Source: Pavona decussata
Lineage: Eukaryota
DNA length: 64,000 nt
Assembly (NCBI GenBank): GCA_977016875.1
Contig: CDRNST010000226.1
Coordinates: forward strand, 620,001 to 684,000
Direction: 5' to 3'
The translations under genes were made by a program, and so were the position numbers. Below are positions 51,501-63,605 of the stretch, piece by piece. The notes beneath the pieces were generated by a model. The model was not told where the DNA came from, made no database searches, and saw only the letters and a list, made by a program, of their open reading frames with translations. The stretch's first letter is position 1, and every line of letters starts with the position of its first letter.

Positions 51501-53339
51501 CTTGCATCTTGCGATGTTGAAAACACATTCGTTGCTGTAGGTTTTGTCGTCGGTCGCACAAACAGGATCCCGCCTCTTGTTGCAAGCTCGGATGCACGTT
51601 CTTCCCAGACGTTTCGTTTTCCCTTTTTTTGCTTCGGCAACTAGCACTGCAAGAATCATGGAGAGATTATATGCTCAGTTTAATTCCGAGCACAAATTTT
51701 TTATGAACACCATTGCTGTTTTTAAAATATTTAAGCGATAACTGTAACAAAACACACGGCTAGGTTGCAATTATAACGGCCGTGTGTACGTACCCTCGAT
51801 TGTTTGTCAGCATAGCTCTGTTATAGTTTTCCTGCTTACGAACTTCAGTTTTTTCCGTCGTTATTGCGGGTTTATATATATACACAGGAATTCTGTAGAT
51901 GTTTTGATCACTTTCCTGCGAACATACATCAATATTATAAGGGGCAGAGATTGCAATCTGGCGTTTATACGATGAGTATACCGAAAAAGAATATAATAGA
52001 AATCGTTTTTGCCGATAAAAAACCCTACCCTGCCCCTTTTTCTTTAAGAGGAAAAGAATGTAAATGCCACAGATTAAAATATTAAAGTATATATTTGATA
52101 TTTTTCATCTCAAAAAACTACATAACTTTGTTTATATTCATGTGGCATCCATTTTTCATTTCTTTTAGAAAAGGAATAAATTCTGTTTTTACATAAACAA
52201 GTAAAAATCAACGAAAAAACCGAACGGCGTTTCCGAGTCGTTGTGACACCATGTCCAAGTTCAAAATGATTAGAATAAACTGTTTACTTTAGTCATTTTG
52301 AACTTGAAAATTGTGTCACGACGTCCCCGTTCGATTTTATCGTTGATTTTTACTTGTTTGTATTGCCAAACCTTTGCTTATAAGAATTCTGTTTTTGTTA
52401 TTACAAGTGAGATTACGCAGTAAAAGCTGTTGTTAATTTCACGCTAAGAAATAATTACTCTACAGGAGAGAAGGGCAATTTTTGCGCGCGAATAACCTGG
52501 TATCTTCGCTTATGTATTTGCCCAGCGAGAACAGTCACAAGACACCAGTTTACATATTACAGATACACATCTCAAATTTAAATACCCCTTCAGACTTTAA
52601 TTGTTGCGTCTGGTTTATTTAGCAGAGTTGACAAATAATTATAAACGCGGAGGAAAGATACATAACATCCAAATTCTAAAGGTGACCTTTACAGCCTTTA
52701 TCGTGGCTCACTTACGGGAGAAAATCCTCAATTTCCGAACAGATAGAAAACCGTTTAAACAGTTCACAACCCCGTAAAATGAACGTTTTCTCTGTCAGCG
52801 GCGCGTTTCATCAGCCACCACGGTGTTAATGTTGGCTTAGCTTTGGCTGCTAAAGTCGCCCGGAATCTCGAAAACATCGGCTTACACGCATATGTAATAC
52901 TCTAATCAAGCACGTGCCAAAAATTCTCTCTTGTAATGTAAAGCGACTTTGGCCTAAATGACTTTGAACGCTGTATCAAGGGACAGCGCATGGAAGCGCT
53001 GTTTACGTTTAGAAATCTGACGCGAGGCGCGTAGAGTGCAACTTGCTCTGCTAGGTCCTTCCTCGATCTTCCTCTTCAATTGGACAATTAAATGAAAACA
53101 TATCCGACTTTACAACATACGTTCGAAATTTAACGACAAGTCATCCGTTAACGGTTTAATACAGTGTCCTATTAATGAACGCCGAGTATTGTATCGGAGA
53201 AAATCTTGAGCACTGAACTCAGTTTCGGGAACTGCGGATTTAATATCGACCAACATATCAGTTTCCATCAATGGAATAGAACGAATCGCTTACCTGATAT
53301 CAACAGCAGAATTGCAATAAAGAGAAATACTCTCCTCAT
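45519..53339 (-). CDS. Secreted multi-Kazal-domain protein (5 Kazal/follistatin-like domains, highly basic, K/R/G-rich C-terminal tail), 361 aa; complement(join(45519..45982,51071..51646,53294..53339))
   Basis: Exon 1 MRRVFLFIAILLLIS plus exon 2 VLVAEA forms a signal peptide. Five repeats of C-C-(P)VC(G/A)(S/T)(D/N)xxTYx(N/S)xC-C-C. Both introns are phase 1 GT-AG; 1086 nt including TAA; tail KKGKRKNGKKGKKDRKGKNKKKDRSGRKGKKNRGD. Confidence 0.92.
52195..52359. repeat. ~165-bp foldback palindrome (MITE-like) in Kazal gene intron 1
   Basis: AAACAAGTAAAAATCAACGA..GTGACAC..CAAGTTCAAAATGA / TCATTTTGAACTTG..GTGTCAC..TCGTTGATTTTTACTTGTTT. Confidence 0.8.
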
Positions 53340-53426
53340 TGTGACGGAATTTGCTCTCGATCTCTTGCAACCAAGCTGTCGAGGTGCTTTTCAGTGGAGA
53401 TGCGTCTCGCTTCGATGTTTGATCCT

Positions 53427-53467
53427 GACTGAGCTGTCGTGGTTTCCACTGCCACTTTTATCCAATC
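53427..53467 (-). promoter_or_regulatory. Core promoter of the Kazal gene: ATTGG box, TATA-like GATAAAAG at about -32, and Initiator TCAGTC (TSS ~53430)
   Basis: The minus strand reads gattgGATAAAAGtggcagtggaaaccacgacagcTCAGTC, with canonical TATA-Inr spacing ~90 nt upstream of ATG 53339. Confidence 0.55.
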
Positions 53468-56056
53468 AATGACGCGCTTAGACCTTACATACCACCCCTG
53501 TTTACCGTGTCTGTCCCGGTTTCGGGGTAGCATTGATTTCATTCCATTCATTGCAATGTTATTAATTTAAACTAGGAGTGTTTTTCTTCAGCGATAAGAT
53601 CGGCAAGAATGATACATGCGATGTAATTAGTCAGGCGCTCTGATCTACGCGGTTCTCTTGAACACAATTACGGCCTGACATGGCCTCAAGTTTAGAGCAC
53701 TGGGAAGCTTCATTGTCGATTTTTATCGCCCTCTTGGGGACTGAAAGACCCCCTCAAGGAGCCAGCAATTTTGTAAATCATCCATTTATGACGCCATATG
53801 CAAATCGGAGGGTATCCGGAGCATCTTTGCAAAGGAAGGAACTTATCAGTCATCGAGTAATCGAATGGCGCGAGTCTCCTGGCGGGCACATGAGATAAAC
53901 CACATGTCTAGGCTAATGGTGTTAAAATCAAGTAGACAACAGGAATTTTGGAAATCACTGCACCTTCTGGGTGATCAGAAAAATAACGCTCGGTATCTCT
54001 AACCCGGGCGTTTATCTGATTACTCGACTGATTGCAGTCATCGCGTTTTCTAATCCCCCTGAGATCGATAAAGAAAAATCGATTGAGTGGTCAGTTTACG
54101 CAAATGAGGGTATTTTTTCCTGGTGATAAGATCGCAAGCATTACGTCCAAATAGTTTCCTCTAAAGACGCAATTTTTTTTAATCAATGGCAATCGATCTT
54201 GTCCTGTGACTTCTTCGTGCCTGTTTAACTGCGACCAAGGCAAAGAAGTCGCGGACCATTTGATTTCTTTGACTTTTTGCAAAGATTTTACTTTCTACTG
54301 CGGTTTCGGCACGGTGTTCTTTGTTTGTTTGTTCAATTGTTTGTTTGCTTGCTTCCTGGTTAGTTTGTTTGTAGTCCTGGCCCCAGTTGTTCAAACGCTG
54401 GATAACTTTATCTGGTGGATAAGTCACTATCCGACAGTTTCAATCTGTAAAAAGTTTTCAGTATGTTTTCGTGCACAAGCGAATATGCACACTCTAACCA
54501 GAGCTTAGTTGGGAACTGTACGAAAACCTTGGACAACATTTAACGTGAAGTATATTTTAGACGCTGAAGAGTGCAAGGAGCCGATTTAGCGGTGTCCATT
54601 TAAAATCTGTTTTCCTTTTGTTGTTTCTGCAAACTTCACGGATTATCGTGTATTTTCACCATGTACAATTCCAACTGATTGATTACCTCCTTGGAACTTA
54701 ATTACAAACTATGTGTAATGTTTTAATTGCTCAAGCTTTCAACAAACGGCTAAAAAGACCAATTTCTGCTCAGTTGCTCGGGCGTCAATAATGTGCCATT
54801 ATTCGGTCTGAGCAACTTTTCAGCGTTCGTATGTGTGTATGTCAGTCTTTCAATTGGAGTGATCTGTGGTTAACTAATAGGAGAATCAGTTCCTGTGGAA
54901 TTGTACAAGGTACATTGTTCTAATGTCGGCTTTAAGCTTTCAGACTTCCTCATATTACCCTTGCTTACATATATCGTAGCGTTTTGTGCATTGGATATCA
55001 CTTAACATGCATTGGCGACTAAAATAGCTCTATTTTTTCCAGCCTCTGGTATTATATAAAACAAAAAGATTTTGTTTCGAGTGTCACCAGCTTTCGTGGA
55101 TCACTTCATTCTCACATTAGCAAATGCGGGGGACAATGGTTTTAACCATTACTGAAATAATGGCGTCTGTATGGGTGTGGCCGGCTAAACCTGTTAACCA
55201 CATAACCGCACGTTTAAATCTTAATTACAGCTATCACTGACTCGCAAGGATGTCAAGTTTCGGGTTCAACCAGAACAATTTTATTTTGAGACAAATCACA
55301 AAAATAGCATCACCCATCACAGATAAGGCACAATGCTCACTAGTTGGTATTTGAAGATTTTACACGATAACTGATGCATGTCAGAACCCCGTTTGATCAG
55401 TGGACCATCTGCTGAACGCTCGTATCTGTGCTTTCTAATTCATCTTGAATAGCCTTTGAGAGACTGTATTAGAGACTGTACATAAGATGGAATTAGAATA
55501 GGCAAACTAGCCAAACATGTTTTAAAATTAAAGTCAGTTGTCCTTATATCTTCAGAAAGCCTGACCAGTGCAACGTGAAGGCAAGAGTACCAAACAGCGC
55601 AACACTGATCATGACACACCAGAAAATAACAGCTTGCTTTGTCATTGGACCGTATGATAAGTGAGTTGTCTGTGTCTGTAAAAGGCTGTTGGTTTTCCTT
55701 ATTTACCTGCTTAGCTTTCTTGCTCTCGATTGGACAATTAATTGGCAGCTTTTTATTTTGTAGCTCGCGGACGTACGTGCAAAAAGTGTGCGTGGGAGTT
55801 TATCATATCCTTACAAGGTTCAAACCACGCCCTCAATCAAAATTTCAACTCCGATTATTTCCTTAGTACAAATTAGTTTGTCAGGCATCATGAGTTACGT
55901 GTGCCGGTTTTGGTTTAGTTAGGCCTGATGCATTTTAACGTTTTTTAAAGGCAATAAATGTGAAACTGATTGGATGAAATCAGTCCAGTTTGAGGCAAGA
56001 CCCCGGCGGAATGTCTGAGCTCCTAAGGGTACTTCGGTTTCACCTGACTCTCACAG

Positions 56057-56446
56057 TAGGGACTGAGCATCCACGACGGCAAAGCCAACGAATAAACGTC
56101 ACTTAAAAATAGATGTTTGCGTTACTTGCACTTCTTCATGGTTATTCCATTTCGTTCAACTTGTACATTGTTTTGAACTCCATGTGGCTGACGGAACTAT
56201 CCTAGAGCAGAAATGGTAGGGACGGCGTTCAAGGTGAGACATGACAGAGAATGAAAAATTTACCGTTACGTCATTACATTCTCCAGAAAACTGTTGTTTC
56301 GCCGAGGACGGCGAAGAAATTAATACCCCACCAAAATTTATAACACCCGTGCAGGACCTCAGTTTTGCTCATTTTAAAAATCCTATTGTTCTATGACGTT
56401 CTCAATTCTCGTTGCCATCGTCGTCGTATGGCTGCTTAAACTTCCA
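56057..56446. mobile_element. Degenerate MITE
   Basis: Imperfect termini TAGGGACTGAGCA..ACGACGGCAA / TTGCCATCGTCGT..TGCTTAAACTTCC. Confidence 0.45.
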
Positions 56447-56840
56447 AATGGTGTTAACAGTGAAAAATGCAAATTTGGCGGGAAACGATACTTTCGATGG
56501 TATTTAAGAGAAGGGTTCAAAGCACAGAAGCTATCGGCTTTGAGTGTATGAAAAAGATGGCGGAGTCAATTGATGTGATCACAGATTCCCAATGGATCAC
56601 ACGTCGGCATTTTTATCTGCTACTCAATAAAATTAAGGTTTGTTATATGTAGACTGGTTTGCGCATTTTGTAAGCTTGAAAGGTAGATACCATGCTAGTC
56701 ATGCAAGGCAACGTTTGCATTCAGATGAAAAGGCGGGGTCCACATGAAGCAACAAAGAGCATTATATTCTACTGGGTTCCCCCTCCCCCCCCCCCCCCCC
56801 CCCCTTTTCCTTCCCCCAGGCCTGTTGACCTTGTCAGGCC

Positions 56841-57081
56841 TGGGGTTCGTTTCTCAAAACGTCTTAAGAGTTTTCGGGCCCGATAAGTATTTTGTCAAAT
56901 CCGTTTTATACTATAACTGGTGGTAGGTTTTCGTTAAAACTAGCCTGATATATTATTGTAAAGTTGATGGTTCAGTTTTCCACAATTATTAAAAATCGAG
57001 TTTCCTGTTAATGCACATTGTGCACGAAAATAGTTTTTTTTTTTTTTGCCCCAAATTTTTTTTCGGAATTTCGAGAAGCGC
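56841..57081. mobile_element. Degenerate MITE, possibly Harbinger-like
   Basis: GGGGTTCGTTTCTCAAAAC ... ATTTCGAGAAGCG imperfect inverted ends. Confidence 0.4.
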
Positions 57082-60000
57082 ATAACCTACCTCCCCCCAC
57101 CCCACCCCACACCTGTACATAGTAGTTTTTACTCCTCAAATGGAAAGATAGTGAAAGATTTAACAAGGTTTCTTGTCCAAGGAATAAATACGACAGCAGA
57201 ATGCAGTGGCAAAATTCAAGAAGTTCTTTTCGGAATTAGGAATCCTACGATTAGGTCAATTAAGCCACCATTGACGTCACAATTCTCTTGCTAGCTGAGG
57301 ACGGCAGCAGTACATTGTCCAAACAGACGTCTTTTTGAAAACATTTCAGCCAGTGACACCTTTTCATTCAGCTTTATCACATTTTATTTCTCATTATTCT
57401 GCAAGCTACAACCTAGTACACCGTTTCATTAGAAAGAACTGTTTGATAACAACGAGCCGGTGAGCTTTATATTCAAACATACTTATCACCCATCTCAACC
57501 ACATACTTAATTAAGACACATACCTTGCGTATTATGGAGGTCACATATTCGGTCCTTTTTAACTTTGAAGGCTGCCGAATAATTACAGAATAACACCACG
57601 GGATAAGGCAGATATGCAGCTTTTATTGTCCTTAATCAACTCTCAAAAATCCGTCTCTAACCTGAAGATGAAATTGGGACGATTTTTCAGACAGGAAGTA
57701 TTTAAGTAATCAGCGTGACGCCAGCTCGCAACTTTCGCGTTGGCTGATTTCTGTCATCTCACTTGCAGGGTGCTAGGGAACTGCAAAATAAACTTAACTT
57801 ACCTTTAAAAAGTAAGGTGAACATTTAAGGAAAAGTAATCCGTAAGCAAACGTACCTTTTTCTCGAACGATCAGTCACATGATCAGAAAATTTCATGGCG
57901 TGCAAATCACTCGCTGCTCTGTTTAGCATCATCAACATCATCATCATTATAATCATCACCATCATCTTTTGTACCGGATTGGAATGTCTTTCCTGATGGT
58001 TAAGCTGGAAAGGCAAACTAAAAGCTGCGAAGATCAATATGCAACGTTTCATCGGAAAAACTGATGTTTTCAAGGGGATTACATCAGATGATAACCATCA
58101 AAGCATCAGCAAAAATATTTTGCTAGGAAAAAATCGGTGAAAAGAAAGCAAATTGAACAGTGAAAAGAGAAAGCAAGCTCTTCCATACCATCAATTCTCT
58201 TCTTCCTGCGATCAGGCCGAATCAGTTCGTTTAAGTTTAGCCCCAGTGCTTTTCACTCAAGTCCTCGCGTCTTTCTAGGGTGTGCTTCACCAAGCGAAAA
58301 GACCGCGTATTATATAACTTTGTCTCCGAGGCCATCATTTTGGTTATACACAGTTTAATTTGGAATTTGTCATGATGGAGGCATCATCATCATTAATAAT
58401 TCTATTACATGTAGTGAGGGAAATGAGATAAGGCATTTTGTCCTAAATACGAGGGGGAGTTTTTACTGGAGTAAAATTGCATCAAGTTACGGATATCGCA
58501 TTCGAGATAAGAAGTTAAGGCAAAGTCGGCTAAGCTTATTAGAACAAAACAAATATTATTTTTAGGGATGAAGTCAATGCCTTATTTACCTGCTTTTGGT
58601 CGCTTATCAGATCTTACTCTCGACTTTGAAAATGAGCCCAGAATTTTGAATAAAAGAGAGTTATTTGCAACTGCTGTTGTATCGTTCTTTATTAGTGGCT
58701 CTCAGAACGAGAACCTTTAAAAATTCAAAAATGCTAAAATATTGTCTCCTCTGCCCAGATCGTTTTATTTAATTTGCAGAAAGTTTTAGGAAAGGGAATC
58801 TTATTCCTCCAATTTACAAGCTGTTGTTGGCTTTACGAAACTCTGGCTGACTTTTTTTTAACGACATATTTTCCCCTCCGAGAACGAGTGCATTGGAAAT
58901 TTCCAGTGTATTTTGTCCGCGAGCACTTTTGCGTCGACTTTGAACATGATTGAATTTACTTTGAGTTCTGTTTTGTTGTAGTTCTGGTGATTAATTGGCT
59001 CCAGCTATTGTGAGAGGTTATAATCCCCTATGTTGTTTACAAAACTTTGCCAGCTAAGTCAAAATATCGCACTTGATTTGGGGGAAAATAAATTGACTTT
59101 ATAGCGAATTAACAGGGTATGTTACGATGGCCCATAGATGCCGCTACCGAAGTATGCAGCTTTTGATAGATTTTCAGAAAATTTGGCCTACAGATTCCTG
59201 CCGAGTGAATCAGGGAATTTTGCAATTCAAAATATTTTTAGCATGGCGACCCCTCTAGAAGTTTCCTTTCTTCTTTCACCTCAAGCAGACTGAATTGAAC
59301 GGCGACGTCGCTGCTGTATTTTGATTGAGGAAAACGAAGAAAGAAAATCTTGCAGGGGACCAGGGTATGTCGCAGTTGTATCAAGGAGAGGTAGAAGAAT
59401 TTACTGAGAAAATTTTCACTTAAACTCTGGGAGATTGGGTGTTAACTGATGAAGGCAGTGTACACTTCGAATTCTTTCTTTAAATATTTGTTCAAAAGGT
59501 CGTAGGCGCCTAAGATACTTCGCTTTGATGTGGTGAAAAACGAATTTTTTTGTGCGTTATGTCACTCGAACTTACGGCAAGGGTATAAGATAAAAATGTC
59601 ATTTTGTACACTTCAAACCTTTTGGAACTAATATCAGCTCGCAAATTTGGCACTGAATAGGATAAACACAAGTATTGCAGAGTAGGACATGAGATTCCCT
59701 TTCGTCAAATTTTCGGCCATTTAGGTATTTGGCGTTTTGACAAAAACAAACAGACAAACAAATATTGAAGAATTCTAATTAAAAGCCGAAAACAGGGAGT
59801 ACAGTGGAGACATTGGCATTGTTAAAATAATAGCACTGCAAGGGTTTTGTTCAAATTGCAGCACGATTCAGTTCTTCCATGTTTAACTGTGTGTTTAAAC
59901 AGCGGATGAACCGAGCGGAAACTATCGCTATTAATAAGCAATTTAGGAGTGGTTTAAAAGTGGCTTAATAAATGGGCGCCTTGGGTTATGTCTGTTATGT

Positions 60001-60710
60001 AGAGAGACATTCTTGAGTGTTTTCTCAAGTGTAGCATGAAGTGTGGCTTTTAAAACCACTTGGGCAAAAATTTAAGGTTAAACAATTAGAATTCCATTGC
60101 CAGTAATCTTTCGCTTCGAGACTAAGCGAGGAAAAAAGCATCAATTACTAATGAACACAGAAAATGACAGCCAAGCAACGTAGACTGGTGACCGTCATAT
60201 TTTGGTAATGAGCCATGCTTGTACTCCAAGCCTGTTTCGTTTGCGGCAACTTAATTGTTTGGGAGTTAAGGTCATACTAATTTAGCAGTTATTCTAATAT
60301 TTAAAATTAAAGGGATTAAACCTGGTAGCAGTTCAGTGCCTATGGCCGGAAGAGAAAAAGCGGACAGGGACTAAATTAAACCAATTAAGGCACGTTTCTG
60401 TGCTTACCACAATAGTTCCACTTTTAAAGATCCTGACCGTCCAAAACTTAATCGAGAAGCGGATATTTAATATTGGTCGCCAATCACTAGGAAGCTACAG
60501 TTTAGTGTATACCACACAGCTTGCTTAAATTCTATTTAGGAACGTGAGCGTTTGTTGACATGCGGTGACTGATAAAATATTATTGCACGCAAAGCCGCTA
60601 ATCCTCAAAGAAAAACACGGTGTTTGTATTTATAGACTACACACGATTTTTTCGGCCTAACCACTAATGCGGTTAGATAATTAAGTTCTGTTCAGAAAGC
60701 CGCAAACCCA

Positions 60711-61125
60711 GAGGGACGGCTACTATTAGAGTTATCTTCATAGAGTTATAGCGTGGAGTTAGAGTTGCAAAATCCTGAATTCAAGATTTTGTACTGCCAA
60801 AATCCTGAATTCAAGATTTTGGACGTACAAAATCCTGAATTCAAGATTTTGTACTGCCAAAATCCTGAATTCAAGATTTTGGACGTACAAAATCCTGAAT
60901 TCAAGATTTTGTACTGCCAAAATCCTGAATTCAAGATTTTGTACTGCCAAAATCCTGAATTCAAGATTTTGTACTGCCAAAATCCTGAATTCAAGATTTT
61001 GTACTGCCAAAATCCTGAATTCAAGATTTTGGCCGTCCAAAATCTTGAATTCAGGATTTTGGCAGTCGTTAACTCTAACTCTAAGTCATAACTCTACTGA
61101 AATAACTCTATTGCTAGTCGACCTC
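60711..61125. mobile_element. Foldback element with ~55-bp imperfect TIRs enclosing a palindromic tandem array
   Basis: Left GAGGGACGGCTACTATTAGAGTTAT..TAGAGTTAT..GAGTTAGAGTT; right AACTCTAACTC..ATAACTCTA..ATAACTCTATTGCTAGTCGACCTC. Confidence 0.7.
60768..61061. repeat. Ten copies of the 24-bp quasi-palindrome CAAAATCCTGAATTCAAGATTTTG at a 30-bp period; last copy inverted
   Basis: Units start at 60768, 60798 ... 61038; 6-bp linkers TACTGC, GACGTA, GCCGTC. Confidence 0.97.
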
Positions 61126-62845
61126 CAAACGAAGGTTACAATGACTTTTCAACAGTTTTTGTTTTTTTCGCCAGAGTTTGTTTTGATGTGACGGCCGGGT
61201 ATTTTGCCTAATGGTGGGCCGCTCATCGCAGGAAATTTTGAAAAGAACCTCTAAAGGTGGGCTTGGTCTGGATTAATTTTCACTACACGAGGGTATAAAT
61301 TCGTTTGGTAAGAGCTATCTTACTTCCGGCTTAATAGCACTGGGACAGCACTAACGGTGGTCATTAGCATTCCAAAGCATGAATTTTAACCGCTGAAGGA
61401 CAACTCTAGCCTGCGTATACTAGCCGCCTATCGTCTCTCCTTGCGTGCGAATGCCCCTAGCGGATTGTACAGTCCCTGGAAGGAGCTTGGGCACCGATCG
61501 GCAGGAAGCCCTTCTAAGTCAAGATGTATCCTATGAATTTTCCGGATAACAATAGCTATTGCTGGACTAACAATACTGGCTATTATCAAGAAAAAGGACT
61601 TAGGATACATCCCTAATAAAGAATGGCTTTCCGAATTTGGCCAGCTGGTGTTGGTAGTGCGTTTATAACCATGCAACCCAGCTAATTTTTTAACACTTTT
61701 GAAGCAGATATTTGTAGTACGCAGGTACAAACTAGCCAATGAATATCTCTAAAAGAAAAAGAGGAAAGATTTCTGCACTGTCCCATACGATAATTATGTA
61801 TACATTTTGCGATTCAAACTCTATCATGATTTTACGCTTGTCATCTTTAAAAGAGGGTTAGTATGAATCTGTTGTATGTATAACACATATATGGGTCGTT
61901 GCGGAAATCTTTCCGAAAACAACAAGTATATCTCCTTACTTAAAAACGTAAGGAAATATACTTCGGAATAGTTTAGATGACAGTCGATGAAATGTCCGTG
62001 AGAAAACTCGCAACTCAGACTGTAACATTTCAGCACCAGTGAGTACGAAACCGGGCGTGACAGGATCTCATGACCTGGGCGTGATTAAGGGCGGACAAAT
62101 TGAATGCTCGCCTCTCGGTAAAAATTCCCCCTAAGGGCAAACACAAAAACTTTTATTAACGATGCATCTTGCTTGAAATTCATTCATGATATTACCTGAG
62201 AAAAGAACCTTGTCATTTATTTTGTTTTAATAAATTTTGAAAACTGTTGTTCCGAAAAACAAACAAACAAACAAAACAAAACAAACAGGATGCCTGCCGG
62301 CAAACGAATATTTCCTGTTTTTGGTGGAGGAATCTTCTACGGATCACAACATTTCTGCACGTCCCATACATGAACAAGCAAATATCATGCACATGCCACA
62401 GAACAATTACTCTACTTGTTCATATACGAATATGAGTAGACGTAAAAAAATTTCTAGTTATGGAAAACTTGCAGTACCCTCTGTTTAATTAAAACTGTGC
62501 AAGGAAGAAAAGAAGAAAATTTTTAAGCGTGCTACATCACTGACAATAAACTGAGGATCTTTTGTTGAATACAACTCCAAAACTGGTATTCGTAGTTTCT
62601 TTACCAGGCTAGAGTGCAAATGTAAGGGTAGTTTGGTAAATGTAGATTGTCCATTTCTCTTAACAAATCGGATTACGATGTTGCTTAGAAGTGTAATAGT
62701 TAAAAGATCGATATTACAGGACACGAAAACTCCAAACAATTTAGATTTTCAGTCAAACGGACAACGTTGGAATTTCTTAACAATTACCAAGTACCCTTGA
62801 ACGAATTTGAAAAAAACAGTGCTGTTCTTTGAATTCTACAAGAGT

Positions 62846-63232
62846 TTAAAAGGGCATTGTCACGGACATCTTGCTGTATGTTCATCAAAAGTACTCAATT
62901 AAATATTTGACTACGAACCTCTTTTCTAACATGAAATGGCTCAGTCTTAGAGCACCAAAGATATGAAACGATTTCTCCGAGCAAGAATTATCACTTTTTA
63001 GCCATTATTCCGAGATACATAGGAGGAACTTGAAAATAAATGGCCAATTTTTTCAAGTTGCAACCCATTTCTATCCTAGCCATCCGCAGATAAAGATGAA
63101 TGATACTAGTTTCTGTGATCTAGTAGGGTTATGTTAACAAAGCTGAACCATTATTTTGATGTTTCCATCCATACAAATATGTTTTTTGGCTATTGAAAGT
63201 GACACTAAAAGAAGGTGACACTGACCCTTTAA
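62846..63232 (+). mobile_element. TTAA-flanked non-autonomous DNA transposon (Kolobok-like), copy 2
   Basis: TTAA-AAGGGCATTGTCAC ... GTGACACTGACCCTT-TTAA; homologous to 42058-42466. Confidence 0.75.
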
Positions 63233-63605
63233 ATTCTGATGACGGATCTAGAAGAAAACACTGATTAATTAAAAGAAAACTTAATTAAGAACGATTCAAT
63301 AAGTTTTTTCCAGCTAATTCACGCTAATGGATTGACTGAACTTCTGGCAGAGACCTAATCCACTTTGTTGCCCACGCAGACCACCTTTTAAGATAACTGA
63401 ACAAATAAAGCTGATTTGTTATCGCCGCCATTTTGTACGTCTTTCTGTCTTGGACAACAGCCCACAAAATGAATTGCGGCTTTTAGACAAATTTTGTGAA
63501 TTGCCGCCGTAAAAACAAATTATAACAATCTCCCTAAGTTGCTTAAGGCTAAAGGGATAACAGATAACACACAATGTTAAGGACCTTATTTGCTGCGGTA
63601 GCATA

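Noticed and set aside
51647-51659. ATG at 51659 as the start of the Kazal protein
   Set aside because: It lies within a good acceptor (ctctccatgattcttgcag); splicing from 53294 gives a full signal peptide.
59446-59475. Another CTGATGA hammerhead candidate
   Set aside because: No GAAA with a properly closed helix II and no helix I pairing.
60768-61061. CRISPR-like array of palindromic repeats
   Set aside because: Spacers are only 6 bp and are reused, there are no cas genes, and the context is eukaryotic with flanking TIRs.
60746-61091. Repetitive ORFs (QNPEFKILYC, QNLEFRILAV, NSGFWQYKIL)
   Set aside because: Open in several frames on both strands only because the 30-bp unit lacks stops in those frames; no splice or homology support.
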